From an uncultured Chloroflexia bacterium (lineage in GTDB: Bacteria > Chloroflexota > Limnocylindria > Limnocylindrales > CSP1-4), in the NCBI GenBank assembly GCA_963766735.1, contig CAVYBU010000003.1, positions 288,001-352,000 of the forward strand: 64,000 nt of DNA, read 5' to 3'. Position 1 is the first letter of the stretch. Every line of letters starts with the position of its first letter. Below are positions 62,258 to 64,000 of this stretch, piece after piece. The notes beneath the pieces were generated by a model. That model worked only from the letters and a program-made list of their open reading frames with translations, was not told the origin of the DNA and searched no databases. The translations under genes were made by a program, and so were the position numbers.

Positions 62258-64000
62258 ATGACGGATCCCGAGGAGCTGCATCGACTCGCCGTCGAGCGGC
62301 GGAACCAGCGGATGGGCAAGAGCGTCCCCCTGCCCGCTGGCGATGCGCCCCTGGGCGCGGCGACCGGGCCGACCACCACGGTGATACCGGTCAAGGGCAT
62401 GACCTGTCGCGCGTGCGAGGTCCGCATTGCCAGGTACGTCGGTCGGCTCCCGAACGTCGAGAAGGTCACCGCCTCAGCCGTCCAGGGGCGGGTCGTCGTC
62501 GAGAGCTCGGCTCCGGTGCCCCCGGAGGAGATCGAGAGGGCCCTCAACAAGGCCGGCTACGAGATCGGCCACACCCCGTGGCTGGTGGGAGACCCCAGGA
62601 TCTGGGCGACGGCCGGTGCCGGCGTCCTGCTCGTCGCGGCCCTCGCCGTCATTGCACAGGTCACCGGGCTCGGCGAACTGGCGTCCGGGGCCGGCGACCT
62701 CGCCCAGGGCGGCATCCTTGTCGCCCTGCTGCTCGGGCTCGCCGCCGGCGTGTCGACGTGCATGGCGCTCGTCGGCGGTCTCGTGCTCGGGCTGTCCGCG
62801 GCCTTCCAGGCCGGCCGGCCGGCCGCGGTTGGCGGCGCCGCTGCGATGCGCCCGGCGCTCGTCTTCGTGGCTGGCCGCGTTGCCGGCTACGCGATGTTCG
62901 GGGCCGCCCTGGGGGCCGTCGGCGCCTCCATCACGATGCCGCCGCAGCTCACCGCCGTCCTCATGTTCACGGTTGCGGGCGTGATGATCGTGCTGGGCAC
63001 CCGCCTGACGGAGCTGTCGCCGCGGATCGCCGGCTGGTCGCCGACCCTCCCGATGGGCTTGGGACGCAGCCTCGGGCTGGGCGACGGCAACGCCAACGCC
63101 TACTCGGACACGCGGGCCGCGACCCTCGGCGCACTCTCGTTCTTCCTGCCCTGCGGCTTCACCCAGGCGATCCAGATCTACGCGCTCTCGACGGGCTCGC
63201 CGCTGTTCGCGGCGGCCCTGCTCGGGGTGTTCGCCATCGGCACGGCACCGGGCCTTCTGGTCCTGGCCGGCCTCCCGGTCGTGGTCCCCAGTCGGGCGAG
63301 GCCAACCCTCCTGCGCCTCGTCGGCGTCGTGGTGATCGGCTTCGCGGTCATGAACGGAAGCGCGGGCCTGCGGCTCTCGGGTATCACCTTCCCGTCGCTC
63401 GTCGGCTTCGCCAGCGCGGCGCCGCTGCCCGGGACGCTCGGTCCTGACGGCATCCAGGCGATCACCACCTACCAGGACGCAGGCGGCTACAGCCCCGAGA
63501 ACATCGTGATCTACGCGGGGTATCCCACACGCTGGACCGTCGAGTCCTCGGACACGAGCTCGTGTGCATCCTCCCTCTGGGCGCCCGGCGTGAACATCCG
63601 GGCGCGTCTCAGCATGGGAGCCAACTCATTCGAGTTGCCCGCCCTCCCGGCGGGGGTTCTCGACTACACCTGTGCGATGGGCATGTACAGCGCCAGGATC
63701 ACGGTGGTCGACCGACCGGCAGACGAGACGGGTGCGATCCCTGCTGCGCCGGCTGGGCCCTCGGTCGTCGCGGTCGAATCGACACCACCGGCCGCCGCTG
63801 CCGGTAACGCAGCGGCAGACGCTGTCACCGCCACCCCTCCCGGGAGCGAGCCCGCAGCCGCCGTGCAGGAGCTGCGCACCTACCAGGATGAAGGTGGCTA
63901 CGGACCGGCCGACGCGCGGATCGTCTCGGGAATTCCAACCCGGTGGACGATCGACTCCCGGTCGTCCGGGAGCTGCGCGGTGTATGTCGTCGTCCCGTCC
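62258..64000 (+). CDS. HMA domain + DsbD_2/TauE-like membrane domain + cupredoxin-like domains (runs off the window)
   Basis: AGGAG RBS; GMTCRAC, STCMALVGGL, FFLPCGFTQAIQ, YTCAMGMY. Confidence 0.85.
   Translation, partial: MTDPEELHRLAVERRNQRMGKSVPLPAGDAPLGAATGPTTTVIPVKGMTCRACEVRIARYVGRLPNVEKVTASAVQGRVVVESSAPVPPEEIERALNKAGYEIGHTPWLVGDPRIWATAGAGVLLVAALAVIAQVTGLGELASGAGDLAQGGILVALLLGLAAGVSTCMALVGGLVLGLSAAFQAGRPAAVGGAAAMRPALVFVAGRVAGYAMFGAALGAVGASITMPPQLTAVLMFTVAGVMIVLGTRLTELSPRIAGWSPTLPMGLGRSLGLGDGNANAYSDTRAATLGALSFFLPCGFTQAIQIYALSTGSPLFAAALLGVFAIGTAPGLLVLAGLPVVVPSRARPTLLRLVGVVVIGFAVMNGSAGLRLSGITFPSLVGFASAAPLPGTLGPDGIQAITTYQDAGGYSPENIVIYAGYPTRWTVESSDTSSCASSLWAPGVNIRARLSMGANSFELPALPAGVLDYTCAMGMYSARITVVDRPADETGAIPAAPAGPSVVAVESTPPAAAAGNAAADAVTATPPGSEPAAAVQELRTYQDEGGYGPADARIVSGIPTRWTIDSRSSGSCAVYVVVPS

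Overview
Very GC-rich bacterial window; gene content suggests a Chloroflexota- or Actinomycetota-like organism (inference). 1-11.5 kb is mostly core genes: glycosyltransferases, a Wzm/Wzt ABC exporter, a PPIase, mazG, rph and rdgB. 11.5-19 kb is a light/photo-oxidative-stress cluster: CarH/LitR-like B12 regulator, heliorhodopsin, SDR, SRPBCC, FAD oxidoreductase, DUF1365 and a Cfa-type methyltransferase. A DEAD-box helicase and an MttB homologue follow. About 25-61.5 kb is an accessory region of ECF sigma/anti-sigma (Kelch) pairs, lipoproteins, two STAND-type adenylate cyclases, a Crp regulator, a repeat peptide and a VapBC module; it ends at an intact tRNA-Pro(TGG) (61476-61550), followed by ferritin and a metal-handling membrane protein. 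Main finding: from 33.3 kb to the tRNA there are co-oriented copies of a ~190-bp element made of a conserved left arm, the 5' half of this same tRNA-Pro up to the anticodon loop, and a conserved right arm. The copies divide the region into cargo units of about 0.7-9 kb, and one single-gene unit occurs twice. No integrase is visible. This looks like an integron-like cassette array built by repeated integration at a tRNA anticodon loop, with the incoming DNA restoring the 5' half. Many single-base frameshifts may be sequencing errors. All calls were made by eye, without database searches.
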